From positions 66,921 through 130,920 of the forward strand of contig JAQUZG010000001.1 in NCBI GenBank assembly GCA_028691435.1: a stretch of 64,000 nt of DNA. Direction: 5' to 3'. Below are positions 36,491 to 46,037 of the stretch, one piece after another. The position numbers and the translations under genes are program-made. Below the pieces are notes generated by a model. It was given only the letters and a program-made list of their open reading frames with translations, had not been told where the DNA came from and searched no databases. Each line of letters opens with the position of its first letter. Within the stretch, counting starts at the first letter, position 1. Source of the stretch: Candidatus Iainarchaeum sp. GTDB taxonomy: Archaea > Iainarchaeota > Iainarchaeia > Iainarchaeales > JAAZKV01.

Positions 36491-38641
36491 ATGTATCTAA
36501 TTATCTCAGAAAAAGCCATTGCTGGAAAAAATATTGCTGATTTTTTAGCTGATGGGAAAGTAATTGAAAAAAATATTTTAAATGCAAAAGTGTTTGAATT
36601 TAATTATAACGGTGAAAGTGTAAGATTAATTCCTTTGCGTGGGCATATTAGTGATGTTGAATTTCCAAAAGATTATTCTCATTGGCAATCGGTTTCATTG
36701 CAAAGATTAGTTGATGCGCCAATTATTTATTCAAAAAAAGAATTTTCAATAATTAATTGTATTAAAAATTCTGCACTAGATGCTACAAAAATAATTATTG
36801 CAACAGATGCTGATAGAGAAGGGGAGTCAATTGGTTTAGAAGCAATTAATCCAGCTATTGAAGCAAACAAGTCTATTGAGATTAAAAGAGCTTATTTTTC
36901 AGCAATTACAAAAAAAGATATTGATAAATCTTTTGAAAATTTAGAAAAATTTGATTATAATTTTGCATATTCTGCTGATGCTAGGAGAGAACTTGATTTG
37001 ATTTGGGGAGCGGTTTTGACTAGATATGTTTCATTAACTTCTGGCCAACTTGGAAAAAATTTTTTGAGTGTTGGTAGAGTACAAACCCCAACACTTGCAT
37101 TAATTGTTGATCGAGAAAAAGAGCGAATGAATTTTAAAAAAGAAAAATATTTTGAAATAGTTGCTAATTGTAATAAAATTGATGAAAAAAAAGAAGAATT
37201 TACTGCGATGCACAAATCAGGAAAGATTTTTGATAAATTAAAAGCAGATAAAATAATTGAAAAAAACATTAAGCAATTAAATGTAAAAAAAATTACAACT
37301 AAAGAAAAAATTGTTAAAAAACCTATTCCATTTAATACAACAGAATTTTTACGATCGGCAGCAAATATTGGAGTTTCTGCTGGAAAAGCTATGGATTTAG
37401 CTGAAACACTTTATCAAAAAGGATTTACATCTTATCCTAGAACTGATAATCAAACTTATTCTGAAAATATTGATTTAAAAGAAATTGTAAATAAACTTGC
37501 TAGTGTGCCTGAATTTGTTGATGATGTTAATTTAGTTTTAAATCAAGAAAAAATTATTCCTTCTAAAGGAAAAGAAACTAAAGATCATCCGCCTATATAT
37601 CCTGTAGTTGGAGTTAAAAAAAACATGTTAAATAAAGATGAATGGAAAATTTATGAATTAATTTGCAGAAGGTTTTTGGCTACTCTTTTTATTGATGCTA
37701 AAACTGAAAATGTTAGTGTTCTATTAGACGATCAAGAGGAAGAATTTGTTGCAACAGGCCAAGTAATTTTGGATGCTGGGTGGAAAAAAATTTATTATTA
37801 TAGTAAATTAAATGAAACAATTTTACCAAAATTAGTTGTTGATGAAATTGTTAATGTAAAAAAAATTGATTGTTTAGAAAAAGAAACACAACCTCCAGCA
37901 AGGTATAGCCAATCATCTTTAATTAAATTGATGGAGGATAATAATCTCGGAACAAAATCGACTAGGCCAGCAATAATTCAAAAATTATATTCTAGAAATT
38001 ATATTTTAGGAAACAAAAGTATTGAACCTAGTGATATTGCATTTTCTGTAATTAATTCTTTACAAAAACATTGTAGTATTGTGACTAAACCAGACATGAC
38101 TAGTGAACTTGAAAAAGAAATGGATGAAATTGCTGCTGGAAAAAAAGAAAAATTAAAAGTAGTTAAGGATTCGTCAAAAGTTTTACATTCAATTCTTGAT
38201 ATACTTGAAAAAGAAAAAGAAGGAATAAGAAATGATATTAAATCATCTGTAAAAAATTCAAGAGTATTAACTAAATGTGCTAAGTGTGGGGGAGATTTAA
38301 TTATTAGAACAGGAAAAACAGGTAAAAGATTTGTTGGATGTAATAATTATCCAAAATGCAATAATTCTTTTCCACTTCCTCAAAAAGGAACAATCGAATC
38401 AACTGATGAAATTTGTGAATTTTGTAATGCACCAATTATTAAAGTGCAAACTGGTAGGTTTAATTATAAAATGTGTTTAACTATGACTTGCAAATCTAAA
38501 GATTCTTGGAAGAAAAAAGAAACTATAAAATCAGTTGAAAGTACTAAAAAACAAGTGGGTCGAAAAAAAGATATTTCAAATTTAAATTTAGAAAAAAAGG
38601 AAACTAAAACAAAAAAAGTAAGTAATAAAATAAAAAAGTAA
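36491..38641 (+). CDS. topA: Type IA DNA topoisomerase (Topo I/III) with C-terminal Zn ribbons
   Basis: Toprim MYLIISEKAIAGKNIADF, catalytic-Tyr region and C-terminal CAKCGGDL...GCNNYPKC zinc ribbons. Confidence 0.8.
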   Translation: MYLIISEKAIAGKNIADFLADGKVIEKNILNAKVFEFNYNGESVRLIPLRGHISDVEFPKDYSHWQSVSLQRLVDAPIIYSKKEFSIINCIKNSALDATKIIIATDADREGESIGLEAINPAIEANKSIEIKRAYFSAITKKDIDKSFENLEKFDYNFAYSADARRELDLIWGAVLTRYVSLTSGQLGKNFLSVGRVQTPTLALIVDREKERMNFKKEKYFEIVANCNKIDEKKEEFTAMHKSGKIFDKLKADKIIEKNIKQLNVKKITTKEKIVKKPIPFNTTEFLRSAANIGVSAGKAMDLAETLYQKGFTSYPRTDNQTYSENIDLKEIVNKLASVPEFVDDVNLVLNQEKIIPSKGKETKDHPPIYPVVGVKKNMLNKDEWKIYELICRRFLATLFIDAKTENVSVLLDDQEEEFVATGQVILDAGWKKIYYYSKLNETILPKLVVDEIVNVKKIDCLEKETQPPARYSQSSLIKLMEDNNLGTKSTRPAIIQKLYSRNYILGNKSIEPSDIAFSVINSLQKHCSIVTKPDMTSELEKEMDEIAAGKKEKLKVVKDSSKVLHSILDILEKEKEGIRNDIKSSVKNSRVLTKCAKCGGDLIIRTGKTGKRFVGCNNYPKCNNSFPLPQKGTIESTDEICEFCNAPIIKVQTGRFNYKMCLTMTCKSKDSWKKKETIKSVESTKKQVGRKKDISNLNLEKKETKTKKVSNKIKK

Positions 38642-38664
38642 TTATTAAATTACTTTTTCATTAA

Positions 38665-38735
38665 GAGTAACAGATTTTAGAATTAGAGCCTGGTGAGCCA
38701 ATCTGTTACTCTCAAATAAACTTTCTTTTCTTGGT
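38665..38735 (+). terminator. 12-bp inverted repeat with large loop followed by T-rich tract (terminator or small RNA)
   Basis: gagtaacagatt-[24 nt]-aatctgttactc, then tcaaataaactttcttttctt. It lies within a 233-nt intergenic spacer after topA. Confidence 0.35.
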
Positions 38736-38874
38736 TATCGCCTCCGACATAATACTTACTGTCTTTTTTATTAATATACATTAGTATGTTTTTTATGTAC
38801 TTTTTGTTATATTTAAAAATGTTTGTGTGTTATAAAATATATAAAATATGTGTTTTTCTTTAGGGGTGAGTTAA

Positions 38875-39417
38875 TTGCCACAAAAAATTGAAGCGGAAGA
38901 TGAAATTAGATTAACTATTTTAAAATCATTACTTGAAAATGGTGTTGTTCAACCAAATTTACATAAAATAAAATCAAAAACAAAATATCATTTAGCTACA
39001 ATTAAATCATCTCTTGATTTTTTACAAAAAGAAGGGGTAATTCTTGGTTTTGGTCCAAAAATTTCTTTTTCAAAATTATCTTATCGAATTGAAATTATTG
39101 AATTGCTTCAACTTGATTTTTCTAATCAAGATTTAATTAACAAATATTTGGATCTATTAAAAAAAGATTCGCATGTTTGGGAAGTTCATTCAATAATTGG
39201 GACTGGCAATTATAATGTTGTTGTTTATAGATTTCATAGAGACATTGAAACTTATCATAAAAATCTACAAGAAATGTATATTAAAAAACTTCAAAATTAT
39301 TATGATGTAGTTAAAGACAGACAAATATTTTATCTAACAAGTCCCACATTTAAAAAAATGTCAAGAACTGATGCAATAATTGATGTTTTATTGGATCGAC
39401 ATGGATTAAAAAAATAA
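38875..39417 (+). CDS. Putative Lrp/AsnC-like regulator (wHTH + RAM-like domain). TTG start.
   Basis: N-terminal wHTH ILKSLLENGVVQPNLHKI...ATIKSSLDFLQKEGVI. C-terminal VWEVHSIIGTGNYNVVVY resembles a RAM domain. AGGGGTGA RBS precedes TTG. Confidence 0.4.
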   Translation: MPQKIEAEDEIRLTILKSLLENGVVQPNLHKIKSKTKYHLATIKSSLDFLQKEGVILGFGPKISFSKLSYRIEIIELLQLDFSNQDLINKYLDLLKKDSHVWEVHSIIGTGNYNVVVYRFHRDIETYHKNLQEMYIKKLQNYYDVVKDRQIFYLTSPTFKKMSRTDAIIDVLLDRHGLKK

Positions 39418-39488
39418 TTAAGTATTATGTTTTGATATTTTAATCGAAAAAACATAAATTTTTATTATATTTTTTCTATTTTATACTT

Positions 39489-40283
39489 ATGGAAATCGAA
39501 TTAGATTTAAAAAAATCAATTAATGATAATGCAACATTCTATTTTTTAGAGTCTAAAGAAATGCGAAAAAAAATTAATGGATTAACTATTGCAATTAATA
39601 AAAACAAAGAACAAATTGAAAAAAAAATTAAATTAAATAATACTTTAGAAAAAGTAAAAAAAAGTTGGTATGAAAAATATAGGTGGTTTTTTACTTCAGA
39701 TGGGTTTTTAGTTGTTGGTGGAAAAGATGCTCATCAAAATGAAGAAATTGTAAAAAAACATATGGATGAAAAAGATATTTATTTTCATGCTGATGTTTAT
39801 GGTGCACCACATTGTGTATTAAAAATAAATTCTAATCAGGTAAATAAATTAACTAATCAATCATTAGTTGAAGCTAGTGAATTCGCAGTTACTTTTTCTA
39901 AAGCTTTTGAACAAGGACTAGTTTTAGCTGATGCATATTCTGTTAAACCTGACCAAGTTTCAAAAAGAGCTCCTAGTGGATCAAGTATGGGTGTTGGGGC
40001 ATTTATGATTTATGGGCAAAGAAACTGGTTCAAAAATACACCATTAAGTTTAGGTGTTGGAGTTTTAAAAAAAGAAAATAAACTTATGTCTGGCCCAATT
40101 AATGCTATTAAAAAAAATTGTGCCTTTTTTGTTGAATTAAAACAAGGGACTACTGAAAAAAATCAAACTGCAAATGAATTAAAAAAAATATTTTCTGATG
40201 CAAAACCACTTAGTTTTAATTTTTCTAATGAATCTTTTCTTTCAATAATTCCTAATGGTAATTTTGATATTAAAAAAAATTAA
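39489..40283 (+). CDS. NFACT-R (DUF814) domain protein, Rqc2/NEMF-related ribosome quality control factor
   Basis: YRWFFTSDGFLVVGGKDAHQNEEIVKKHMDEKDIYFHADVYGAPHCVL matches the DUF814 core WF.TSDG..I.VGrna.eNe.L....DiwfHa...GSHvV. Confidence 0.65.
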   Translation: MEIELDLKKSINDNATFYFLESKEMRKKINGLTIAINKNKEQIEKKIKLNNTLEKVKKSWYEKYRWFFTSDGFLVVGGKDAHQNEEIVKKHMDEKDIYFHADVYGAPHCVLKINSNQVNKLTNQSLVEASEFAVTFSKAFEQGLVLADAYSVKPDQVSKRAPSGSSMGVGAFMIYGQRNWFKNTPLSLGVGVLKKENKLMSGPINAIKKNCAFFVELKQGTTEKNQTANELKKIFSDAKPLSFNFSNESFLSIIPNGNFDIKKN

Positions 40284-40345
40284 CATTTGACGAAATTAAA
40301 TATTTTTTAATTACATTTATAATCTTTATCAATTCTTCTTCTATT

Positions 40346-42730
40346 ATGGTTGATGAAATTGAATTAATTGTTCAAGATCCTGATCCAACACATGTTGGAA
40401 GGAATATAATCACTCTTGACAAAAATTCAAAATTAAAAATTGGTGTTACTTCTGGTGACATTGTAGAAATTGAAGGTAAGAAAAAAACTGCCGCTCTTGT
40501 TTGGCCAGCAAAAGTTGATGATGTTGGAAAAGAAATTGTTAGAATGGACTCTTTTATAAGACATAATGCAGGAGTTGCATTAAGTGATAAAGTAAAAATT
40601 AGAAAGTGTGTTCCTCGTGAAGCAAAGAGAATTGTTTTAGCACCTATTGAAGAAGTAAGAATAATCGCATCAGGGTATGATAGAATTTTAAAAAAATCTT
40701 TTCTTGGTAGACCTTTAACTATTGGTGATAATGTTTGGGTTAGTGTTTTTGGTTCGGGTTTTATTTACAAAGTTGTTGATACACAACCCCGTGCAATAGT
40801 AAAAGTAACTGATAATACTGAATTTTCATTAAAAGAAAAGCCTGTTGCTGATACCCTTGAAGGAATTTCAAGAGTTGCTTATGAAGATATTGGAGGATTA
40901 ACTGAACAAGTAAAAAAAATTAGAGAAATGGTTGAACTTCCAATGAAGCATCCTGAATTATTTCAAAAACTTGGTGTGATTCCCCCAAAAGGAATTTTAC
41001 TTTATGGAGCTCCTGGGACTGGAAAAACTCTTTTAGCAAAAGCTGTTGCAAATGAAGCACAAGTTCATTTAATTTATATTTCTGCTCCAGAAGTGATGGG
41101 GAAATTTGTTGGTGAAGCAGAAGAAAGAGTAAGAAAAATTTTTAAAGAAGCACAAGATAATGCTCCATCTTTAATTTTTATTGACGAGATTGATGCAATT
41201 GCATCTAAACGAGATGAAGTAGTTGGAGAAGTTGAACGAAGAGTTGTTGCACAACTTCTTTCATTAATGGATGGACTTGCAGCAAGAGGGGAAGTAATTG
41301 TAATGGCTGCAACAAATAGAATAAATTCTATTGATGAAGCATTGCGTAGGCCTGGAAGATTTGATAGAGAAATTGAAGTTGGGGTGCCTGATAAAAAATC
41401 AAGAAAACAAATTTTAAATATTCATACTCGTGGTATGCCATTAGCAAAAAATTATTTAACTAATAAAAAAATAGATAATTTAAATTTAACAACTGATCAA
41501 AAAGTTATCTATGATATTGTTAAATCAAGTAAAAAAATAGATATTGTTGATATTTTTAAAAGTTATAATGAAATGACTCAATCAAAAAAACCTATGTCAG
41601 AAATTGCTGATATATTAAGAGATATGTGTGATAAAGAAATTTTAAAAAGAACTGATTTTGATATTGAATATTTTTCTGATTTAACTCATGGATTTGTTGG
41701 AGCAGATTTGCAAGCTTTAACAAAAGAAGCTGCGATGAAAGCTTTACGAAGATATTTGCCTGAAATTGAAAAGTTAAGTGATGCTGAAACAATACCTATT
41801 GAAGTATTAACTTCTTTAAAAATTACAAAACAAGATTTTTTAGATGCTCTTAAAGACGTGTCTCCGTCTGGACTTAGAGAATTTACTAGTGAAATTCCAA
41901 ATGTGTTGTGGGAAGATATTGGGGCTCTTGAGGATGTAAAAGATGAATTAAAACAAGCTGTTGAATGGCCAATAAAACATCCAACTGTATTTAAAGAAAT
42001 GGGGATTGTTCCACCTAAAGGTGTATTGCTTTATGGGCCACCAGGCACTGGAAAAACAATGCTTGCAAAAGCTGTTGCTACTGAATCGGGCGCGAATTTT
42101 ATTTCAATTAAAGGGCCAGAATTATTAATTAAATGGGTTGGAGATTCTTCAAAAGCTGTTAAAAAATTATTTAGAAAAGCTCGTCAACTTGCACCATGTA
42201 TTGTATTTATTGATGAAATTGATTCAATTGCATACAATAGAAATTCTGATATGTCTGGTGGAAAAGGTGTTACTGAAATAATTAATCAATTATTAACTGA
42301 ACTTGATGGGGTTGAAGCATTAAGAGACGTTGTTTTTATTGCGGCCACAAATCGTCCTGATTTAATTGACAAAGCTATGCTTAGACCTGGAAGACTTGAT
42401 AAATTAATTATGGTTCCTGTTCCAAATGAAAAATCAAGAGAAGAAATATTAAAAGTTTTACTTAAAAATGTGAATGTTGACAAAACTGTTTCTTTAAAAG
42501 AATTAACTAAAAAAACAGAAGGATTTTCTGGAGCTGATTTATCAGGATTAATTAGAGAAGCAGCATTACTTTTATTAAAAGAAAATAAAATGAAACCTGC
42601 TCCAATTACAATGTATCACATTAATAAAATATTAGAAAAAACTAAACCTACTATTGATGAAGAATCAGAAAAAGCCTATAGTGAATTTAAAGAAAAAGTG
42701 CTTGATTTTAGACCAACTTATGTTGGGTAG
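40346..42730 (+). CDS. cdc48: Cdc48/VCP/p97 AAA+ ATPase (N-domain + D1 + D2)
   Basis: Two AAA modules: [20 protein letters not shown] / [10 protein letters not shown] and [20 protein letters not shown] / [10 protein letters not shown]. Cdc48 N-domain. Confidence 0.9.
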   Translation: MVDEIELIVQDPDPTHVGRNIITLDKNSKLKIGVTSGDIVEIEGKKKTAALVWPAKVDDVGKEIVRMDSFIRHNAGVALSDKVKIRKCVPREAKRIVLAPIEEVRIIASGYDRILKKSFLGRPLTIGDNVWVSVFGSGFIYKVVDTQPRAIVKVTDNTEFSLKEKPVADTLEGISRVAYEDIGGLTEQVKKIREMVELPMKHPELFQKLGVIPPKGILLYGAPGTGKTLLAKAVANEAQVHLIYISAPEVMGKFVGEAEERVRKIFKEAQDNAPSLIFIDEIDAIASKRDEVVGEVERRVVAQLLSLMDGLAARGEVIVMAATNRINSIDEALRRPGRFDREIEVGVPDKKSRKQILNIHTRGMPLAKNYLTNKKIDNLNLTTDQKVIYDIVKSSKKIDIVDIFKSYNEMTQSKKPMSEIADILRDMCDKEILKRTDFDIEYFSDLTHGFVGADLQALTKEAAMKALRRYLPEIEKLSDAETIPIEVLTSLKITKQDFLDALKDVSPSGLREFTSEIPNVLWEDIGALEDVKDELKQAVEWPIKHPTVFKEMGIVPPKGVLLYGPPGTGKTMLAKAVATESGANFISIKGPELLIKWVGDSSKAVKKLFRKARQLAPCIVFIDEIDSIAYNRNSDMSGGKGVTEIINQLLTELDGVEALRDVVFIAATNRPDLIDKAMLRPGRLDKLIMVPVPNEKSREEILKVLLKNVNVDKTVSLKELTKKTEGFSGADLSGLIREAALLLLKENKMKPAPITMYHINKILEKTKPTIDEESEKAYSEFKEKVLDFRPTYVG

Positions 42731-42762
42731 TCAAAATAATTATTTTTGTTTATTCTAATATT

Positions 42763-43194
42763 TTATTCAATATTTTTTATTTCAAAATCAATTTGATTAT
42801 TTTTTTTAAATAATATAAAATTAATTTTTTGATTATATTCTTGTTGTATTAAATTTATTTTATTTGGAAACTTTATAATAAACTTTTTTGTTTTATTTTC
42901 TAAGTATAGTTTTTCATTTTCACTTTTTATTAAAAGATTAAATGCATTAAATTCAATTTCTTTTTTTGAATCATTATCTAAAAACATAAAAAATCCTATT
43001 TCATTTTCTAGATTTTTTGAAAAGTTTTCAATATTTTTATTTTCTACAAACGATATAAATTTTGAATTTACTTCTATTATAGCTGGTAAAATTATTGTTA
43101 ATGCTAAAAATGATGCTGCAATCAACATCATTAATTCTATCGAAATTTGACCAAATTTGTTTAATTTTATTTTTTTCTTTAACATTTTCACCAA
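42763..43194 (-). CDS. Class III signal peptide (archaeal type IV pilin-like) protein
   Basis: KKKIKLNKFG|QISIELMMLIAASFLAL: basic stretch, G|Q cleavage-like site, Glu at +5, hydrophobic helix. Confidence 0.6.
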   Translation of the reverse strand: MVKMLKKKIKLNKFGQISIELMMLIAASFLALTIILPAIIEVNSKFISFVENKNIENFSKNLENEIGFFMFLDNDSKKEIEFNAFNLLIKSENEKLYLENKTKKFIIKFPNKINLIQQEYNQKINFILFKKNNQIDFEIKNIE

Positions 43195-43253
43195 ACTCTC
43201 TTATTTTAGGACAGTTGTTTTAATTTTTGCTTTTTTATTGTTCAAATTGCAGC

Positions 43254-43439
43254 TTAAATCTTATCAATTTTTTCAAACACATCTTTTGCAGTTTTTTCTA
43301 TTTTTTTAGCCCCTTGGTCCGATGTAGATTGTAATTGTGAAACAAGTACAAGTACAACAGCAACAACTGCTGCTAAAACAATTATTAATTCAACTGAAAT
43401 TTGTGCTTTTTCTTCTTTGATCAATTTTTTTAAATTCAT
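43254..43439 (-). CDS. Small class III signal peptide pilin-like protein (61 aa)
   Basis: KEEKA|QISVELIIVLAAVVAVVLVLV with Glu at +5. Confidence 0.6.
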   Translation of the reverse strand: MNLKKLIKEEKAQISVELIIVLAAVVAVVLVLVSQLQSTSDQGAKKIEKTAKDVFEKIDKI

Positions 43440-43608
43440 AAAAAATTACTTTTTTTGTTTGTTTAAAAAGCTATTTTAAATTTCGCTAATAGTCGATATA
43501 GTATATGCGTTTAAAATAAGTTAAAACAATTATACTAAATTTTGTAATTAATTAGTTTATGTTATTTTGCAATAATTTATATATATTTTTCATATTAATC
43601 TATATACT

Positions 43609-44244
43609 ATGACAACAAAAAAATCAATTTGGTATTTTTCAAAACAAGAAAAAATTGATTTGTTAATTAGTTGGCTAACTTTATCACTAGCTTTTGCAGT
43701 TGTAATCTCGCCAATTTTTTTAGGAATTCCTGAATTTATAATTTCTTTTCCAATTGCATTAATTGCTGTTGGAACTGGTTTTGTTTTACATGAAATGGCA
43801 CATAGACAAATGGCAAGACATTTTGGATTTCATTCAGAATATAGGGCATGGTATCCAGGTTTAGTTTTTGCTTTTTTCTTAGCATTAATAACAAAAGGGG
43901 CATTTATTTTTGCAGCACCTGGTGCAACATATTTTTTTGGAGAAACAGTAACTACTCAGCAAGAAGGTAAAATTTCAATTGCTGGGCCAATAACAAATTT
44001 AGTTGTTGGATTTATTTTAATTTTTTTATTTTTATTTTCGCATTCATCATTTTGGCAAATTGTATTGATCAAATCAGCATTAATTAATTTCTGGTTTGCA
44101 GCATTTAATTTAATTCCATTTGGGCCACTTGATGGTGCAAAAGTGATGAAATGGAATTCAAGACTTTGGATTTTAGTTTTTGCAATTTCAGCATTACTTG
44201 CTTTATTTCCAATTCAAATTTTTACAGTTTTAAATTTAATTTAA
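43609..44244 (+). CDS. Membrane-embedded zinc metalloprotease, site-2 protease (M50) family-like
   Basis: HExxH within a TM helix (GFVLHEMAHRQMARHFG) and a downstream FNLIPFGPLDGAKV matching the S2P LDG motif. 211 aa. Confidence 0.55.
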   Translation: MTTKKSIWYFSKQEKIDLLISWLTLSLAFAVVISPIFLGIPEFIISFPIALIAVGTGFVLHEMAHRQMARHFGFHSEYRAWYPGLVFAFFLALITKGAFIFAAPGATYFFGETVTTQQEGKISIAGPITNLVVGFILIFLFLFSHSSFWQIVLIKSALINFWFAAFNLIPFGPLDGAKVMKWNSRLWILVFAISALLALFPIQIFTVLNLI

Positions 44245-44597
44245 TAACATACGTTTAATTTTATTTTTTTAAATTGAAAAAATAAATCATTTATTTCTTC
44301 TTCTCTAGTAACACAATTTTTACCATTTAATTCATTTAAATTATCAAAAATTATTTTTCCATTAACTTCTATTTTAAAATAATTAAAAAATTTTTTTGCA
44401 TCAGTTATTAGTTCATCTGTGTTAGTGTTATTATAACTCCAAATTTTAATTAAATCATTTTCTTGTTGAATTATAATAAGATCAGTATAATTTTTATTAA
44501 TACTAAAATTAACATTTACAATTAATATTAAAACAAGTATTATTGAAATAATTGTTTCAAATGAAAAAACTTGACCTCTTAAATTTAATTTTGTCAT
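44241..44597 (-). CDS. Class III signal peptide pilin-like protein
   Basis: LNLRG|QVFSFETIISIILVLILIV. Confidence 0.55.
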   Translation of the reverse strand: MTKLNLRGQVFSFETIISIILVLILIVNVNFSINKNYTDLIIIQQENDLIKIWSYNNTNTDELITDAKKFFNYFKIEVNGKIIFDNLNELNGKNCVTREEEINDLFFQFKKIKLNVCY

Positions 44598-45046
44598 TTT
44601 TTACACCCTTTTAAAGATAAAACTTTTTTATTATCCTTGATTAACACATATCTCTTTATTGTAACACAATCTTTGCTTTCTAACAAATCATGGAAAATTT
44701 GTTTCTCATCTAATTTAATTTCTTTAACAAAAAAATTTTTGATATTTAGTTGTTTTATTTTACTAAATAAACTTTCATCTAATTGATTACTAATTATTCG
44801 CTTTTTTTCATAATCTATTTGACAACTTCCAAGAAGTGAATTTTCAATATTTCTATTTTTTACAAAACTATCTGCTAAAAAAATAGTTTTTTCAATTAGT
44901 TCATTGTCTTTAAATTGATTTAAATTAAAATTATAATTTTGAAAATATGAACTCATTAAAATAAATATTGTAATTAGAATTAAACAAAAACTAACAATTA
45001 AATCAATTGAATAAAACATTGCTTTTTCATTTAATATAATGTTCAC
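44594..45046 (-). CDS. Pilin-like protein with N-terminal hydrophobic helix
   Basis: NEKA|MFYSIDLIVSFCLILITIFIL. Overlaps neighbouring genes by 4 nt. Confidence 0.45.
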   Translation of the reverse strand: MNIILNEKAMFYSIDLIVSFCLILITIFILMSSYFQNYNFNLNQFKDNELIEKTIFLADSFVKNRNIENSLLGSCQIDYEKKRIISNQLDESLFSKIKQLNIKNFFVKEIKLDEKQIFHDLLESKDCVTIKRYVLIKDNKKVLSLKGCKK

Positions 45047-45353
45047 TTTTTTCCACCTCTAATTGATTTGATTTAATTATTTTTGGAATTATTTGACTAA
45101 ATTTTTCTTTGTTAAAAACAATATTTTCTTCTCCAAAACAACTAATTTTATCAATGTATTCATTTGCACTATTAGAATAAATTGAATCAATCAAATTCAT
45201 ACAAAATACACTTTCATTTTTTGAAATCAATTCATTATTCTTAAATTCAAAACCAGTATTAATTTTTATTAAACTAGACGAGATTATTGAAATTCCAATT
45301 ATTAATCCAAGTAAAACAAACATAAATTCAATAGTATTCATTTTATCACACAA
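45027..45353 (-). CDS. Pilin-like protein
   Basis: MNTIEFMFVLLGLIIGISII with acidic residue at +5. Confidence 0.45.
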   Translation of the reverse strand: MCDKMNTIEFMFVLLGLIIGISIISSSLIKINTGFEFKNNELISKNESVFCMNLIDSIYSNSANEYIDKISCFGEENIVFNKEKFSQIIPKIIKSNQLEVEKSEHYIK

Positions 45354-45912
45354 CTTTTAATCCAACATAACTTATTTTGTAATCTATTGGAATTTCAAAA
45401 TAAGTATTCATTTTATCACCTATTTTTTTAGTCAATTTAATAGTTTTTTCAAAATTTGATGTAAAAATATAATCTATAATTGTTACTTTTTCTAAATGAG
45501 TTATTGAAACTTTTGTAACTTTATTTAAATTTTCTTTTGTAGGTAAATTAATTTCATTTTTTAATTGATTTTCTAAAATTAAATTTTCTTTTAAAAATAT
45601 TTTTTCTAAATTTTGATTAATATTTTCTTTAATTGTATCTGAATCAAAATATTGTTTAATAAATTCTTTTTGAAGTTCTTGATAAATTACATTGTCAATT
45701 TTTTCTTCAAGAATAGTTCTTTTACAATTAATTATTTCATTTATACTTAATGTGTTTTGCATTAAATTATTTTTCTCATTTATTTGTTGAAAAATAATTA
45801 ATTGATTAATTATCATTATTATAATTATAAAAAATAAAATGTAACTAAAAAGTCCCTTTTTATTTAATCTCATAATTAATTGCGTTTTATTTTCATTTTT
45901 AAACAATTGCAT
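45346..45912 (-). CDS. Class III signal peptide pilin-like protein
   Basis: RLNKKG|LFSYILFFIIIIMIINQLIIF. Confidence 0.5.
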   Translation of the reverse strand: MQLFKNENKTQLIMRLNKKGLFSYILFFIIIIMIINQLIIFQQINEKNNLMQNTLSINEIINCKRTILEEKIDNVIYQELQKEFIKQYFDSDTIKENINQNLEKIFLKENLILENQLKNEINLPTKENLNKVTKVSITHLEKVTIIDYIFTSNFEKTIKLTKKIGDKMNTYFEIPIDYKISYVGLKVV

Positions 45913-46037
45913 CTTTTCGTCAATCTATTAAGTTGTGACTAATTTGTTATATTTATTACTGGCTATTTAATTAGTTATTAAATGACTAATAAAAACCTTT
46001 AAAATACCTATATTATGTATTTTCTTATAGTGGTTAA

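Noticed and set aside
43609-44244. Considered the HEMAH membrane protein as the missing prepilin peptidase
   Set aside because: Archaeal prepilin peptidases (PibD/FlaK/EppA) are aspartic proteases with conserved D...GGD motifs and no HExxH. This protein instead has HExxH + LDG typical of M50/S2P metalloproteases. It is kept as a separate observation.
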